From the NCBI GenBank assembly GCA_035294005.1, contig DATGLT010000188.1, positions 14,154 to 78,153 on the forward strand: a DNA stretch of 64,000 nt, read 5' to 3'. The translations under genes and the position numbers were made by a program. Each line of letters begins with the position of its first letter. Within the stretch, counting starts at the first letter, position 1. A model generated the notes under the pieces. The model did not search any database. It saw only the letters and a list, made by a program, of their open reading frames with translations, and was not told where the DNA came from. Shown in pieces: positions 1-9,842 of the stretch. Origin of the DNA: Verrucomicrobiia bacterium (GTDB lineage Bacteria; Verrucomicrobiota; Verrucomicrobiia; Limisphaerales; UBA8199).

Positions 1-1335
1 GAAATCCTCCTGCTCAATGAAAAGCTCACGCGTGAATGGAATCTTGCGCGATCCCGCCGCCGGGTTTTCAGGATTATTGACGGCATCCAATTCTTCGCCG
101 TGGTTTTCGGGCACATTGGTGATCACCACCTTGAGCGGCCGCAGAACGGCCATTCGTCGCGAGGCCCTGCGGTTCAGATCTTCGCGAATCGCGTATTCAA
201 GGACCGCGACATCGGTCATTGCGTTGTATTTCGTAATACCGATGTTGTAAGCGAAGTCGCGAAGCGCTTCGGGCGTGACCCCGCGGCGGCGCAACCCGCT
301 AATGGTTGGCATCCGCGGGTCATCCCACCCTGAAACCAACCCTTCATTCACCAGTTGCATGAGCTTGCGTTTGCTCATCACGGTGTAACCGAGGCTCAGC
401 CGGGCAAACTCGTATTGATGGGGCAGTGGCCGCGGCAAATCCAGTTGTTCGAGGATCCAATCATATAACGGGCGATGCACTTCGAATTCCAATGTGCAAA
501 TCGAGTGCGTGATGCCTTCGATGTAATCGCTCAAGCAATGCGCAAAGTCGTACATCGGGTAAATGCACCATTTGCCCCCGGTATGATGGTGTTCCGCATG
601 GCGTATCCGGTACAGCACCGGGTCGCGCATCCATATATTCGGCGACGCCATGTCGATTTTTGCCCGCAGCGTGCGCGCCCCATCAGGAAATTCGCCGTTC
701 TTCATGCGCGTGAACAGGTCGAGGTTTTCCTCTATGGACCGTTGCCGGAACGGGCTTTCCTTGCCCGGCCTGTCGGGAGCGCCGCGATATTGATCGGTGT
801 CCTGGGCCGAGAGATCGTCCACATACGCCACTCCTTTCTCGATGAGTTTGCGCGCGTAGACATAAAGCTGGTCGAAGTAATCCGAGGCGTAAAACGGTTC
901 CAGGCTGGAGTCGCCCGGGTTGAGCGTCTTTGAAACCGGGGCGGGCGAGAGGAAGAAATCCGGCCGATCCCCCACGCGTTGCTCGGCGGGAACCTGGCCG
1001 CGGGCCTTGAGTCCAAGTCGGTCATCTGCCCAACCGCTGATTAACCAGCGCACGTCTTCGGTGATCGAATCGACGTATTCCACGTCCTCTTTGGTGGGAT
1101 TGGTGTCGTCCATCCGGAGATTGCAAATCCCGCCGAACTCGCGCGCGATCCCGAAGTTGAGGCAAATGGACTTGGCGTGGCCGATGTGCAGGTAACCGTT
1201 GGGCTCGGGCGGAAAACGCGTGTGAATCTGCGGATACTTCTTCTCCTGCGCGTGTTTAGAGACGATATCGCGGATGAAATCCGAGGGGCTGACCGCGGGG
1301 GAGGGTGTTCCGGGCTGCGGAGATGGATTGGACAT
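1..1335 (-). CDS. glnS: glutaminyl-tRNA synthetase, N-terminal ~445 codons (3' end runs off the window start)
   Basis: Own translation of the minus strand from the ATG at 1335-1333 gives MSNPSPQPG...[52 protein letters not shown]. This is the class-I HIGH region and flanks typical of GlnRS. The frame stays open to position 1, which is why it is missing from the ORF track. Confidence 0.92.
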   Translation of the reverse strand, partial: MSNPSPQPGTPSPAVSPSDFIRDIVSKHAQEKKYPQIHTRFPPEPNGYLHIGHAKSICLNFGIAREFGGICNLRMDDTNPTKEDVEYVDSITEDVRWLISGWADDRLGLKARGQVPAEQRVGDRPDFFLSPAPVSKTLNPGDSSLEPFYASDYFDQLYVYARKLIEKGVAYVDDLSAQDTDQYRGAPDRPGKESPFRQRSIEENLDLFTRMKNGEFPDGARTLRAKIDMASPNIWMRDPVLYRIRHAEHHHTGGKWCIYPMYDFAHCLSDYIEGITHSICTLEFEVHRPLYDWILEQLDLPRPLPHQYEFARLSLGYTVMSKRKLMQLVNEGLVSGWDDPRMPTISGLRRRGVTPEALRDFAYNIGITKYNAMTDVAVLEYAIREDLNRRASRRMAVLRPLKVVITNVPENHGEELDAVNNPENPAAGSRKIPFTRELFIEQEDF

Positions 1336-1363
1336 AAACTAAGACCGCCAAGGGGCTGTTGGA

Positions 1364-2836
1364 CTACTTTGGTTTGAGCTGCGGGAAAAGGATAACGTCG
1401 CGGATGCTCTCCTGGCCCAGTAACATCATGCAGAGCCGGTCGACCCCCATGCCCATTCCGCCGGCTGGCGGCATGCCATGTTCAAGCGCCACGAGGAAGT
1501 CTTCGTCAAGTTTCTGCTGTTCGCCTCCCGCCTGGTGTTCCAAGCGCTCGCGTTGTTCGATGGGATCATTTTGCTCTGTGTAGGCCGGTGCAATCTCCTG
1601 CCCGTTGATGCAGCATTCGAACACTTCCACCGTCTCGGGGTCATCGGGCGAAGTCTTCGCCAGCGGGATGAGCTGTTTTGGGGCGTGCGTGACAAAGGTC
1701 GGATTGATCAGAGTCGGCTCGATCAACTTCTCGAACACCGCCTGCGTGACCTCAAAGTCCTCGTATTCCTTGCCAATCTCCGCTCCGAGGCTCACCGCGC
1801 GTTGCCGCCGGTCCGCAGGTGTAACCTCGAACCAATCGGCGCCGGCGCGTTCCCGAACAATGTCCTTGTAGCGAACCCGGCGCCACGGAGGCGTGAGATC
1901 GATTTGCCGGGTCACGGTTCCGGAGGCATCTTTGTGCTCGATCATCAATGTGCCCAGGACGCGTTCGGCAACGCGGCAGACCATAGATTGCACCAATTCC
2001 ATCATGCTCTCGTAATCGCCGTACGCTTCGTACGCTTCGAGCATCGTGAACTCGGGATTGTGTTTGCGCGAAAGGCCTTCGTTTCGAAAATTGCGCCCGA
2101 TTTCAAACACCTTGTCCATGCCGCCGACCAGCAGTCGCTTGAGGTAAAGTTCCAGAGCGATCCGCAAATAAAAACTGCACCCCAGCGCGTTATGGTGCGT
2201 CACGAACGGAGCCGCCGCCGCCCCTCCGGGAATGGCTTGCATCATCGGCGTTTCCACTTCGACAAAACCGCGTTCGTGCAAAAAATTCCTGATTTCCCAC
2301 ACAATCCGGCTGCGCTTCAGAAATACTTCCTTCACTTCCGGATTGGCGACAAGGTCGAGATACCTCTGGCGGTACCGGATTTCCGTGTCGGCCAGCCCGT
2401 GCCACTTTTCCGGAGGCGGCCGCAGTGCTTTCGCAAGGATCACAAAATCGGTCAGCCTTGCTGAAATCTCGCCAGTCTTCGTCGTGAACAGCGTGCCCGC
2501 AACCCCGATGAAATCCCCAAGGTCCAGGTGGCGAAAAATGTCGAACTTCTCATCACCGAGCACATTCTTTTGCGCGTAAACCTGCAGGCGCCCGCTTTGG
2601 TCACGCACATCTATGAACATGGACTTGCCCATGTCGCGGTGGGCGGTGACCCGGCCCGCCACGCTGACCTGCCGGCCCTCCTGGTAATGCGCTTTCGCAT
2701 CGGCGCATGAATCTTTCGGTTGAAATTTGCTCTTGAACGGATCCAATCCCTTCGCGCGCAAAGCCGACAGCTTTGCCCGCCGTTGTTCAATGAGTGAGTT
2801 GGTTTCGTCCATAGCAAACGCGGGGTAAATAAACAC
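1364..2836 (-). CDS. lysS: lysyl-tRNA synthetase (class II)
   Basis: 490-aa ORF with a typical LysRS N-terminus (MDETNSLIEQRRAKLSALRAKGLDPF) and class-II motifs (GRNFRNEG, PPAGGMGMGVDRL). The true start is probably Met9 at 2812. Confidence 0.93.
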   Translation of the reverse strand: MFIYPAFAMDETNSLIEQRRAKLSALRAKGLDPFKSKFQPKDSCADAKAHYQEGRQVSVAGRVTAHRDMGKSMFIDVRDQSGRLQVYAQKNVLGDEKFDIFRHLDLGDFIGVAGTLFTTKTGEISARLTDFVILAKALRPPPEKWHGLADTEIRYRQRYLDLVANPEVKEVFLKRSRIVWEIRNFLHERGFVEVETPMMQAIPGGAAAAPFVTHHNALGCSFYLRIALELYLKRLLVGGMDKVFEIGRNFRNEGLSRKHNPEFTMLEAYEAYGDYESMMELVQSMVCRVAERVLGTLMIEHKDASGTVTRQIDLTPPWRRVRYKDIVRERAGADWFEVTPADRRQRAVSLGAEIGKEYEDFEVTQAVFEKLIEPTLINPTFVTHAPKQLIPLAKTSPDDPETVEVFECCINGQEIAPAYTEQNDPIEQRERLEHQAGGEQQKLDEDFLVALEHGMPPAGGMGMGVDRLCMMLLGQESIRDVILFPQLKPK

Positions 2837-2966
2837 GGAACCACTCGTCTTTCCAAGGCGAAAACAGGGATGGGCCGCCGCAGGAGCTCGTTAGAGCGTG
2901 TTTTAGAATGGCGCGCGAGCCTCTGGGCCAGGTAGGGCAGGGCACGATGGCGCCGCCGCGCCGCTC

Positions 2967-4883
2967 TCAAATGCCTGTCGGTGCGCCTGCTTCTTCGGGA
3001 CAACGAGCCCTGGTTTGCTCGGTGTCAAACTTCAGCCGGCGGATTTCCGCCGCAGGCCGCGGAGGCGTTGCTTCCAGGGCTGGCAACTCAATGCCGAACA
3101 GCGCGCCGCCCAGTGGCGATTGATCACAAAAGATCCGTCCGCGATGTTCGGTAACGAACGTATGGGCAATCGAAAGGCCAAGCCCGGTCCCGATGCCCGC
3201 GGCTTTGGTCGTGAAAAAGGGTTCGAATATTTTCGATCTCAGGTGTGGTGGCACTCCCGGACCGCTGTCTTCAACAACAATAACCACGCGGCCGGGCTCC
3301 TGGCGGGTGACAATTCGCATGCTCCTGGGATTGGACGAGGCTTCCATTGCCTGAAGCGCGTTGTTTAATAGAATAATCATCACTTGCTGCACCTGGTCGA
3401 GGCTCGCGGTGATCGATGGCAATTCAGGATTCAGCTCCAGGCTGACTTCGACCTGTGCCTTTACGAATTCCGAACGGCGCAGTTCAATCACGATCCGGAT
3501 AATCTCGTTCACGTTTATCGGCTCATGGCCCGGACCACCGTCGCGCGCGAGATTCAAAAAATTGCTTAACATTCGGATCGCGCGTTTATGCTCCGCCGAA
3601 GCTTTGCTAAGCCGATCCCGGGTGCTCTTTGAAATCGTTTGGTCCATGAGCGCAAGCTCGATCAAACCGCCCGACACGCTCAGCGGATTGTTCAATTCGT
3701 GCACAACGCCTGAAATCATTTGGCCAAGCGAAGAAAGCTTCTCCGCGCGCCGTAACTGTTGTTCCAAATGCGAACGCTCCGTGACTTCACGCAAATAGAA
3801 TTGGAATGCGGTTTCACCGGCGAAATCGACTTCCGAGCCGGCGACCTCCACGTTGACCAGAGAGCCATCCTTGCGCTGGATTTCCTGGAAGCGCTCGCGA
3901 CATACCGCTTCAAACCATGCCTGTCCCTTCAACCCGGAGGTTACCCCATTGTTGCGCGAGGCAAACAAAGTCGACAAAGCAAGTTCCTGCGCCTGGGCCT
4001 GGTCGACGCCTAGAACCCGGCACGCGGCTTCATTCAGTCCGATGATTCGCGAATCCTCCCGCATGATGATCACGATCGCTTCGCTGGATTGTTCAAACAA
4101 ATGGCGGTAGCGCTCTTCGGTGAGCTTGACCCGCGTCTGCAGCACCGCCCGTTCGCGTTCCTTGTAGCGCAGTTGCTGAGCGGCCCGTTTCTCCTTCAAA
4201 TGCCGGATTTGTTCCAGAACCAGGATGATCATGTTCACCGCGATGAACATCTGGAGAACGCTGGCGATGAAAAAGCCGGTGCTCATGTAGTCGGAAAGGC
4301 TTTCCAGGAACGGGTATCCCGCCACAAACAAACCCCAGAAAAGGAACCCGAAACACAACAGCCCCGCGCCGAGGTAATTGCGTTTCTTCCGATACTGCAT
4401 GAATCCCCAAACCGTGACCGCGCTGGCCGCCCCAATTAAGACGAAAATTGGCATTTGCAGAACCAGCCGGTCCGTCTTGTCCAGCGCTGATTCCCCTTGG
4501 GTTGGAAAGTTGGCCACAAGGCTCCAAACGAAAAGGAAGCACAAAAACAGACCCAGCGAGAGTTGGCGGACCCGTTTGCCCAAAAACCGCAAGCTCCCCC
4601 ACAACATAAACACCGCCGCAACACCGATGCACCACTGCTTGAACATCGTTGCCCACCACGGTTCATCCTTGAAATTGCCGTAGTACCAAAACAGCCCGTA
4701 ACAAAGAGTCAGGTACAGGCAATAAAACAGCCATGCGACAGTCCAAATCGAGAAGTACCGCCGGCGTGTGTAGTAGTTTAAGTACGAAAAAACCCCGACC
4801 AGCAGCCAAACGCTGATCAATGAGATGAACAAACCAGCCCGTAATTGGCCGTTGGCGTCAAAAGTAAAGGTTCCGCTAAACAT
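2967..4883 (-). CDS. sensor histidine kinase with a polytopic N-terminal membrane domain and a PAS-like region
   Basis: About 7 hydrophobic segments in the first ~230 aa, followed by a coiled-coil and PAS-like region. H-box SGVVHELNNPLS; ATPase boxes LLNNALQAM, DSGPGV, GTGLGLSIAH. Confidence 0.88.
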   Translation of the reverse strand: MFSGTFTFDANGQLRAGLFISLISVWLLVGVFSYLNYYTRRRYFSIWTVAWLFYCLYLTLCYGLFWYYGNFKDEPWWATMFKQWCIGVAAVFMLWGSLRFLGKRVRQLSLGLFLCFLFVWSLVANFPTQGESALDKTDRLVLQMPIFVLIGAASAVTVWGFMQYRKKRNYLGAGLLCFGFLFWGLFVAGYPFLESLSDYMSTGFFIASVLQMFIAVNMIILVLEQIRHLKEKRAAQQLRYKERERAVLQTRVKLTEERYRHLFEQSSEAIVIIMREDSRIIGLNEAACRVLGVDQAQAQELALSTLFASRNNGVTSGLKGQAWFEAVCRERFQEIQRKDGSLVNVEVAGSEVDFAGETAFQFYLREVTERSHLEQQLRRAEKLSSLGQMISGVVHELNNPLSVSGGLIELALMDQTISKSTRDRLSKASAEHKRAIRMLSNFLNLARDGGPGHEPINVNEIIRIVIELRRSEFVKAQVEVSLELNPELPSITASLDQVQQVMIILLNNALQAMEASSNPRSMRIVTRQEPGRVVIVVEDSGPGVPPHLRSKIFEPFFTTKAAGIGTGLGLSIAHTFVTEHRGRIFCDQSPLGGALFGIELPALEATPPRPAAEIRRLKFDTEQTRARCPEEAGAPTGI

Positions 4884-5149
4884 GACGGAGGCGGATTAAA
4901 TGCATCATTTCTCAATCCGTCCGAATTCTGAAACAGCAGGAAATACGCCACTACGCACCATTTCCAGCCCCTTTCAATAGAGAATTTCAAGCCTGACTGC
5001 TAAATCCTAAGTCGGTGCGCCACAGTGTATTGGGTGGCAACTCCTTTTTGAGACGGCCCCCTACGCAGCCCCCTCAATCCAACCCCGGGTACGATTTGCC
5101 CAGGATCAAGCCAGACTTGCTAGGAACCTGCCTAGCGAAGCTCGTTTGC

Positions 5150-5743
5150 CTATGGACTCGGTGACCCGCTGATCGCCGCGGGCGTGACGTTAGGCGGCAT
5201 TAATCTATAGAACCGCTGGGCCGACGAAGTGCTCGACGGATCTGGCAATTGGAATGAGCCCTGTGAGTCCGGTGTTACGGCTCCCAGCGAGGTCCAGGAA
5301 GAAAAATCGGAGGTCGCCCAGAGCTGCAAAACCGTGCCTGCGGGCAGTTGACCCGATACAATTGCCGGATGGCCGGAGTTCGGAGCAAAGGTGACCTGCA
5401 TCACTGACGGCGGTGCCGTAGGAACCGTATAACTGATCTCGCCCGAGAAGGGGCTTTCCAGCCCGGAGCTGTCGTAAGCCGTGACGGCAAAATAGTACGT
5501 CGTCCCCGGGATGAGCCCCGGGATTGTGACCGTTGTCGCATCTCCGACATCGACCATGTTTGTATAAGATTGGCTGGCAGTCCCCTCGTAAAGGCGATAG
5601 CCGACGACGCTGGGGTCGGTGCTGGCATCCCAGGCCAAGGTCAATGAGACTGGAGCCGGTGAATTAGTTGCAATCGCAGCATTTCCAAAAAAAACGAGCG
5701 TCATTACTGCACTGGCAACGCTCAAAAACATCTTACAAGTCAC
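5150..5743 (-). CDS. secreted fibronectin type III domain protein with a C-terminal FYR-ending module
   Basis: N-terminal signal-like segment MFLSVASAVMTLVFFGNAAIA. FN3-like block LAWDASTDPSVVGYRLYEGTASQSYTNMVDVGDATTVTIPGLIPGTTYYFAVTAYDSSGLES. C-terminus ...SSAQRFYRLMPPN. Confidence 0.8.
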   Translation of the reverse strand: MTCKMFLSVASAVMTLVFFGNAAIATNSPAPVSLTLAWDASTDPSVVGYRLYEGTASQSYTNMVDVGDATTVTIPGLIPGTTYYFAVTAYDSSGLESPFSGEISYTVPTAPPSVMQVTFAPNSGHPAIVSGQLPAGTVLQLWATSDFSSWTSLGAVTPDSQGSFQLPDPSSTSSAQRFYRLMPPNVTPAAISGSPSP

Positions 5744-5918
5744 GTTGACAGTAATAAGGTATTCACCCCAGACAGACCACTGTATTGATGCCCAGACGAC
5801 CCTAGGAAATTCCTTGTACGCCAGCCCTCCGCCTCTTTTTCCACGAGTTGCGGACTGTTGATTGACTCATGCCGCCGCTTTCGTCACTCTCAAGTGCATC
5901 CCGACAGAATGTTGACAA

Positions 5919-7052
5919 ATGACCGGAAAAATTGAAGTCATTGAGCTATCGAGAAGTTCTCGTGACATTGCTCGTTTTCTTAACGTCAGTTACGGCATTT
6001 ACCAGGACGACCCTTGTTGGGTGGCGCCCATCCTGATGGACCTCAAGAAGGTGTTCACGGATGAAAACCCGTTGTTTGAGCACGCTCGAATGCAGCTTTG
6101 GGTGGCTCGTAAGAATGGCCGAGACGTTGGACGCATCGCCGGAATTGCGGATGAATCCTACAACCGTTCGGCGCAGAAGAAGTCGGCGTTTTTTGGTTTT
6201 TTCGAATCGATTAACGATCCTGGGGTCAGCCACAGCCTTGTGTCGGCACTGGGCGACTGGGCACGCGCGCAGAATCTGCAGTATTTGCAGGGACCGATGA
6301 ATCCCACGACGAACGATGAATGCGGCTTGCTCATCGAAGGTTTTGATTCACCGCCGGTATTCATGATGACTTACAATCCGCGGTATTACGTCAGCTTGCT
6401 GGAAGCTGAAGGGTTCCGAAAAGCAAAGGACCTTCTGGCTTTCCACATGGACCTGGCCAAGATTCCGATGGACCGCCTGGGCCGGATCGCGCAGAAAGTG
6501 CGAAAACGCAACCCGGAACTGGTTTTCCGGCCAATTCTTCGAAAAACCCTGGAAGCGGATATCGGCAAGGTCAAAGAAGTTTACAATGCCGCGTGGGAGG
6601 CCAACTGGGGGTTCGTGCCGATGACCGATGCTGAAGTGGATTTCATGGCAAAACGCCTGAAGCCCTTGTTGATGGAGGGCCTGATATGGCTGGTTGAAGC
6701 GGGGTCTGAGCCTGTCGGTTTTCTCCTGGCGTTACCCGATTACAACCCGGCAATGCAGCCCTTGCGTGGGCACTTGCTGACACCCAAACTTTTGGGCTTT
6801 CTTCCCTACGCACTAGGTTGGAAAAGGCCTACCCGCACACGCGTCCTCACCTTGGGAGTAAAGGAGAAGTATCGATCGAAGGGTCTAGAGTCGGCCATGC
6901 TCATAGAAGGTTTAAAAGTCGGCTTCGATGCGGGAGTTCGTGAATCCGAGGCTTCATGGATTCTCGAGGACAATGTGATGATGTGCCGAATCCTCGAGGC
7001 AATAGGAGGCCGGGTTTACAAAAAATACCGCATCTACGAGCGAGCGGCTTAG
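5919..7052 (+). CDS. two-domain GNAT-superfamily acyltransferase-like protein, substrate unknown
   Basis: 377-aa ORF. The C-terminal half carries a GNAT motif-A-like block (RVLTLGVKEKYRSKGLESAMLIEG). The N-terminal half has a comparable size and pattern. Confidence 0.7.
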   Translation: MTGKIEVIELSRSSRDIARFLNVSYGIYQDDPCWVAPILMDLKKVFTDENPLFEHARMQLWVARKNGRDVGRIAGIADESYNRSAQKKSAFFGFFESINDPGVSHSLVSALGDWARAQNLQYLQGPMNPTTNDECGLLIEGFDSPPVFMMTYNPRYYVSLLEAEGFRKAKDLLAFHMDLAKIPMDRLGRIAQKVRKRNPELVFRPILRKTLEADIGKVKEVYNAAWEANWGFVPMTDAEVDFMAKRLKPLLMEGLIWLVEAGSEPVGFLLALPDYNPAMQPLRGHLLTPKLLGFLPYALGWKRPTRTRVLTLGVKEKYRSKGLESAMLIEGLKVGFDAGVRESEASWILEDNVMMCRILEAIGGRVYKKYRIYERAA

Positions 7053-7157
7053 CGGGTCACCTTTACGGTGCGGGAACAAGGATCCGCCCATCTGGTGATT
7101 CGGACTGCCTTCTTCCGCCTTTTGTTCTTGGTTACCTCAGTTAACAGCATTGTTGGC

Positions 7158-7874
7158 CTAGTTCCGAACTGGCGCCGCCAATTTCGTCAGGACAAACAGG
7201 ACCAGGACAAGGCTTGCAGCGGCGACCATGGCCAATCCGAGCCGGGAACGCACAACGTGGTGGAAAAGCTCAATCGGCACGAGGAGCATGGCGACAACAA
7301 AAGCCTCGAACAGGTGTGATTTCCTGACCGGGTGGGTCGCCGGCCTGGCCTCGCTTGCTTGCGCGTTCCGCAACGCCAAAAACAGCACTGCTACGCCGAT
7401 GAACGAGCATGCATACCACATCACGTGACACACTTTGATGGTGCGATCGTGGATGGGAAATAAAGGGGCTCTGAGGGCGGGTAGGTGCTGAACAAACCAC
7501 CCGCTCGTGTGCGTGAATGAGTCCAGTAATACATGCGAGCATGCTCCAATGGCCAATGAGAGTATCACGATTCCAAGCCGATTGTCCCACGGACAGCAGA
7601 GCGGACGCAGAACGCATCGCAAGCCCTCGGGCGCTTTCGCTAATACGAAAGGACTGATGGCGTAAAATCCGCCCAGCATCGCCAGGCCTGCAATCACTCC
7701 GAAGGCCATTCCCCCAATCATGGTGTGCGCCACGTCCGAAACTCCTAAAGGTCCGAAGATGTAGCTCAAATCGGGTGCGATGCTCCCGGCGACCAGTGCA
7801 GCGAAATTCAAATGCTTGGGGCAATACCGTTTCAACGGCAAAACCGCCACTGGATGGGCTAAGGGAAACGGCAT
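7158..7874 (-). CDS. DUF4184-family membrane protein (predicted metal-dependent membrane hydrolase fold)
   Basis: The N-terminus MPFPLAHPVAVLPLKRY...AALVAGSIAPDLSYIFG matches my recollection of the DUF4184 signature. It has several TM segments and conserved-looking His/Asp residues (HVLLDSFTH). It sits 4 nt downstream of the PAP2 gene on the same strand. Confidence 0.72.
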   Translation of the reverse strand: MPFPLAHPVAVLPLKRYCPKHLNFAALVAGSIAPDLSYIFGPLGVSDVAHTMIGGMAFGVIAGLAMLGGFYAISPFVLAKAPEGLRCVLRPLCCPWDNRLGIVILSLAIGACSHVLLDSFTHTSGWFVQHLPALRAPLFPIHDRTIKVCHVMWYACSFIGVAVLFLALRNAQASEARPATHPVRKSHLFEAFVVAMLLVPIELFHHVVRSRLGLAMVAAASLVLVLFVLTKLAAPVRN

Positions 7875-7878
7875 GGGA

Positions 7879-8895
7879 TCATGAAGGTGGAATCCGGGTC
7901 TTTACTGGACCGGCCGAGTGGCGGGTTCCCGGCAGTGAGTTTCCGTGGGTGGTCTCCCTCGCGGCGGTATCGAACTTGAAGAACAAAAGGTTGCCCAGGG
8001 GCACAAGGATCAGCGCAGTGGCAATTCCGGCCAGAACGTCGCAGGCGTAATGGTACCGGCAATAGACGGTCGCCAGGCAAAGTAAAATCGCCACTATCAG
8101 GTGTACCCACCGGATCGCCGGGAGGTATCGGAACGAAAAGAACACCGTGCACAGCGCGATGGCAACGTGGCTGCTGGGTATCGCCGCACCGGGTGATTCG
8201 AACACGCGGTAAATCACTTTCATCACCTGGAAGAAAACGCCGCTTTTGACGGTTTCGGGAAAACCCAGGCTCGGGAGCAATCCTTTGACGTCGGCGGGAA
8301 GTGTTTGGAGGAGTGTTTCACGGGAAAAAATCGGCGGCCCGATCACGGGCAGAAAAATATAGAGCAAATAGCACACATAAAAAACAAACGACACAACCGA
8401 GACATAATGGAAAAAGTAGTGGCGATTGCGCAAGTACAGGGCCAGCCCCACGCCGCCTATCATGAGGTAGTATGAAAAATACGAAGCATAAAACAGCTCA
8501 CTCACGGCTAGGAACGGGAGCGTTCGCATGAACGCCAGGCTCGGTTGGCACCCAAAAAGATGCTGGTCCCAGCGGATGACAGCTGCGTCGAGGTATCCAT
8601 GAACAAACATTTGGTTGAGCAAACCCGTTTCGGCGTAGAACCAGGCGTAGAGCAAAACCGGGTAAAAATGTCGCAGTAACGAGAGGACTCCCGAGGGCCG
8701 GGACCAGGCGGATCGAACCAACAGCACATGAACCGCGCCCAGGAGGCACGCGTGAATCGCCAGCAGCTTTGGCCAGCCCGAGACCGCGTTGCCATGGAAA
8801 AAAAGGATGAGAATCGCCACCAACCCGAGGTAGCCTTGTGTGATGTAATCGACAAACGAGTACCCTTTCACAGCCAGTTCTCGGTTCGATACCAC
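7879..8895 (-). CDS. PAP2-superfamily integral membrane enzyme (sphingomyelin/IPC-synthase-like H-H-D type)
   Basis: Polytopic membrane protein. C2-like motif AIPSSHVAIA and C3-like motif YCRYHYACDVLAG (H-Y-x-x-D-V). No clear C1 KxxxxxxRP motif. Its start overlaps the upstream reductase gene by 28 nt. Confidence 0.8.
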   Translation of the reverse strand: MVSNRELAVKGYSFVDYITQGYLGLVAILILFFHGNAVSGWPKLLAIHACLLGAVHVLLVRSAWSRPSGVLSLLRHFYPVLLYAWFYAETGLLNQMFVHGYLDAAVIRWDQHLFGCQPSLAFMRTLPFLAVSELFYASYFSYYLMIGGVGLALYLRNRHYFFHYVSVVSFVFYVCYLLYIFLPVIGPPIFSRETLLQTLPADVKGLLPSLGFPETVKSGVFFQVMKVIYRVFESPGAAIPSSHVAIALCTVFFSFRYLPAIRWVHLIVAILLCLATVYCRYHYACDVLAGIATALILVPLGNLLFFKFDTAARETTHGNSLPGTRHSAGPVKTRIPPS

Positions 8896-9842
8896 TCCAT
8901 TGTTTTAAGAATACCGGCCTGCAGACCCGTCGGGCAACTCAAGCTCGTTTCCAGTTCAAGCTTCGAACAGTCGCAAACCCAGCCCGGAGCGCGCAGTTCC
9001 GCATATTTTTGCATGCTCAGAACGTTCGCGCGGCGTGTAACCGCAGAGAGCAGTTGTTGAAAAATGCATAAACCGAGCAGGCCGACCTGCGGGATCGGCA
9101 GGGGAACCACACGCCGTTTCATTTGGCTGGCGATTTCCTGCGCCATACCGCGGCCCGTAACAATTTCCCGCGACGCCACGTAGTACGTTTGGCCCACAGC
9201 CTTATCACACGTGAGAAGACCGACAACGACTTCCGCCAGGTCCGCGACGTAAACGAGGCTAAGCCATTGAGCTTTTCGCGGGCTCGGAAGCAAATGGCTC
9301 TTTACCGCTTTAAACATTGGCAGGAACCCCGTGTCGCGGGGCCCGTAAACCGCTGGAGGCCGGACGATCGTGTAGCGAATCGTCTTGGCCTCACGAACTG
9401 CCAATTCAGCGGCAAGCTTGCTTCGGCCATATTCCGAAACGGGAGCAGGTGGATCCTGTTCTTTGGCGGGGTTCTGAGGAGTCCCCGGTCCGGCAGCCGC
9501 CAGGCTGGAAATGTGGAGAAACCTGCAAGGTGAGTTGCCCGTTCGATCCAGCGCGTTCAACAAGTTGACGGTCCCGCCGTGATTTATTCTTCGGAACTCA
9601 GCTTTGTCGATTGCTTTGGTGCAACCGGCGCAATGGACGACATGCGTGACGCCTCGGACCGCTGTGACGAGGCTTTCGGGGTCTTCTATGGAACCATTTC
9701 GAATTTCAACCGAGTTGGAGGCAATAAAGCACCTGGAACTGGAATTGCGAAGGAGAACGGTCGTGTCGATTTGGTTCCGAAGCAGGCTGTCAAGAACGTG
9801 GCTGCCAACAAAGCCGCTGGCGCCTGTGAGCAAGACCTTCAA
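8868..9842 (-). CDS. NAD(P)-dependent epimerase/dehydratase-family (extended SDR) reductase
   Basis: Rossmann motif VLLTGASGFVGSHV and catalytic YGRSK (YxxxK). It starts immediately after the stop of the upstream alpha-oxoamine synthase gene (0-nt spacing). Confidence 0.88.
   Translation of the reverse strand: MKVLLTGASGFVGSHVLDSLLRNQIDTTVLLRNSSSRCFIASNSVEIRNGSIEDPESLVTAVRGVTHVVHCAGCTKAIDKAEFRRINHGGTVNLLNALDRTGNSPCRFLHISSLAAAGPGTPQNPAKEQDPPAPVSEYGRSKLAAELAVREAKTIRYTIVRPPAVYGPRDTGFLPMFKAVKSHLLPSPRKAQWLSLVYVADLAEVVVGLLTCDKAVGQTYYVASREIVTGRGMAQEIASQMKRRVVPLPIPQVGLLGLCIFQQLLSAVTRRANVLSMQKYAELRAPGWVCDCSKLELETSLSCPTGLQAGILKTMEWYRTENWL

Noticed and set aside
475-1195. Plus-strand ORFs (475-933, 920-1195) and the minus-strand ORF 732-1025 inside the first 1.3 kb
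   Set aside because: They lie antisense to, or out of frame with, the clear GlnRS reading frame on the minus strand. Their products are Arg/Pro/Ala-rich, as expected for shadow ORFs in GC-rich DNA.
1478-2464. 328-aa plus-strand ORF
   Set aside because: It is entirely antisense to lysS. Its composition is low-information and Arg/His/Phe-rich, with no motifs.
5025-5050. TGGCAA-N-TTTTTG element resembling a sigma-54 promoter
   Set aside because: It lacks the -12 GC dinucleotide at the correct spacing, and no plus-strand gene lies downstream within ~870 bp.
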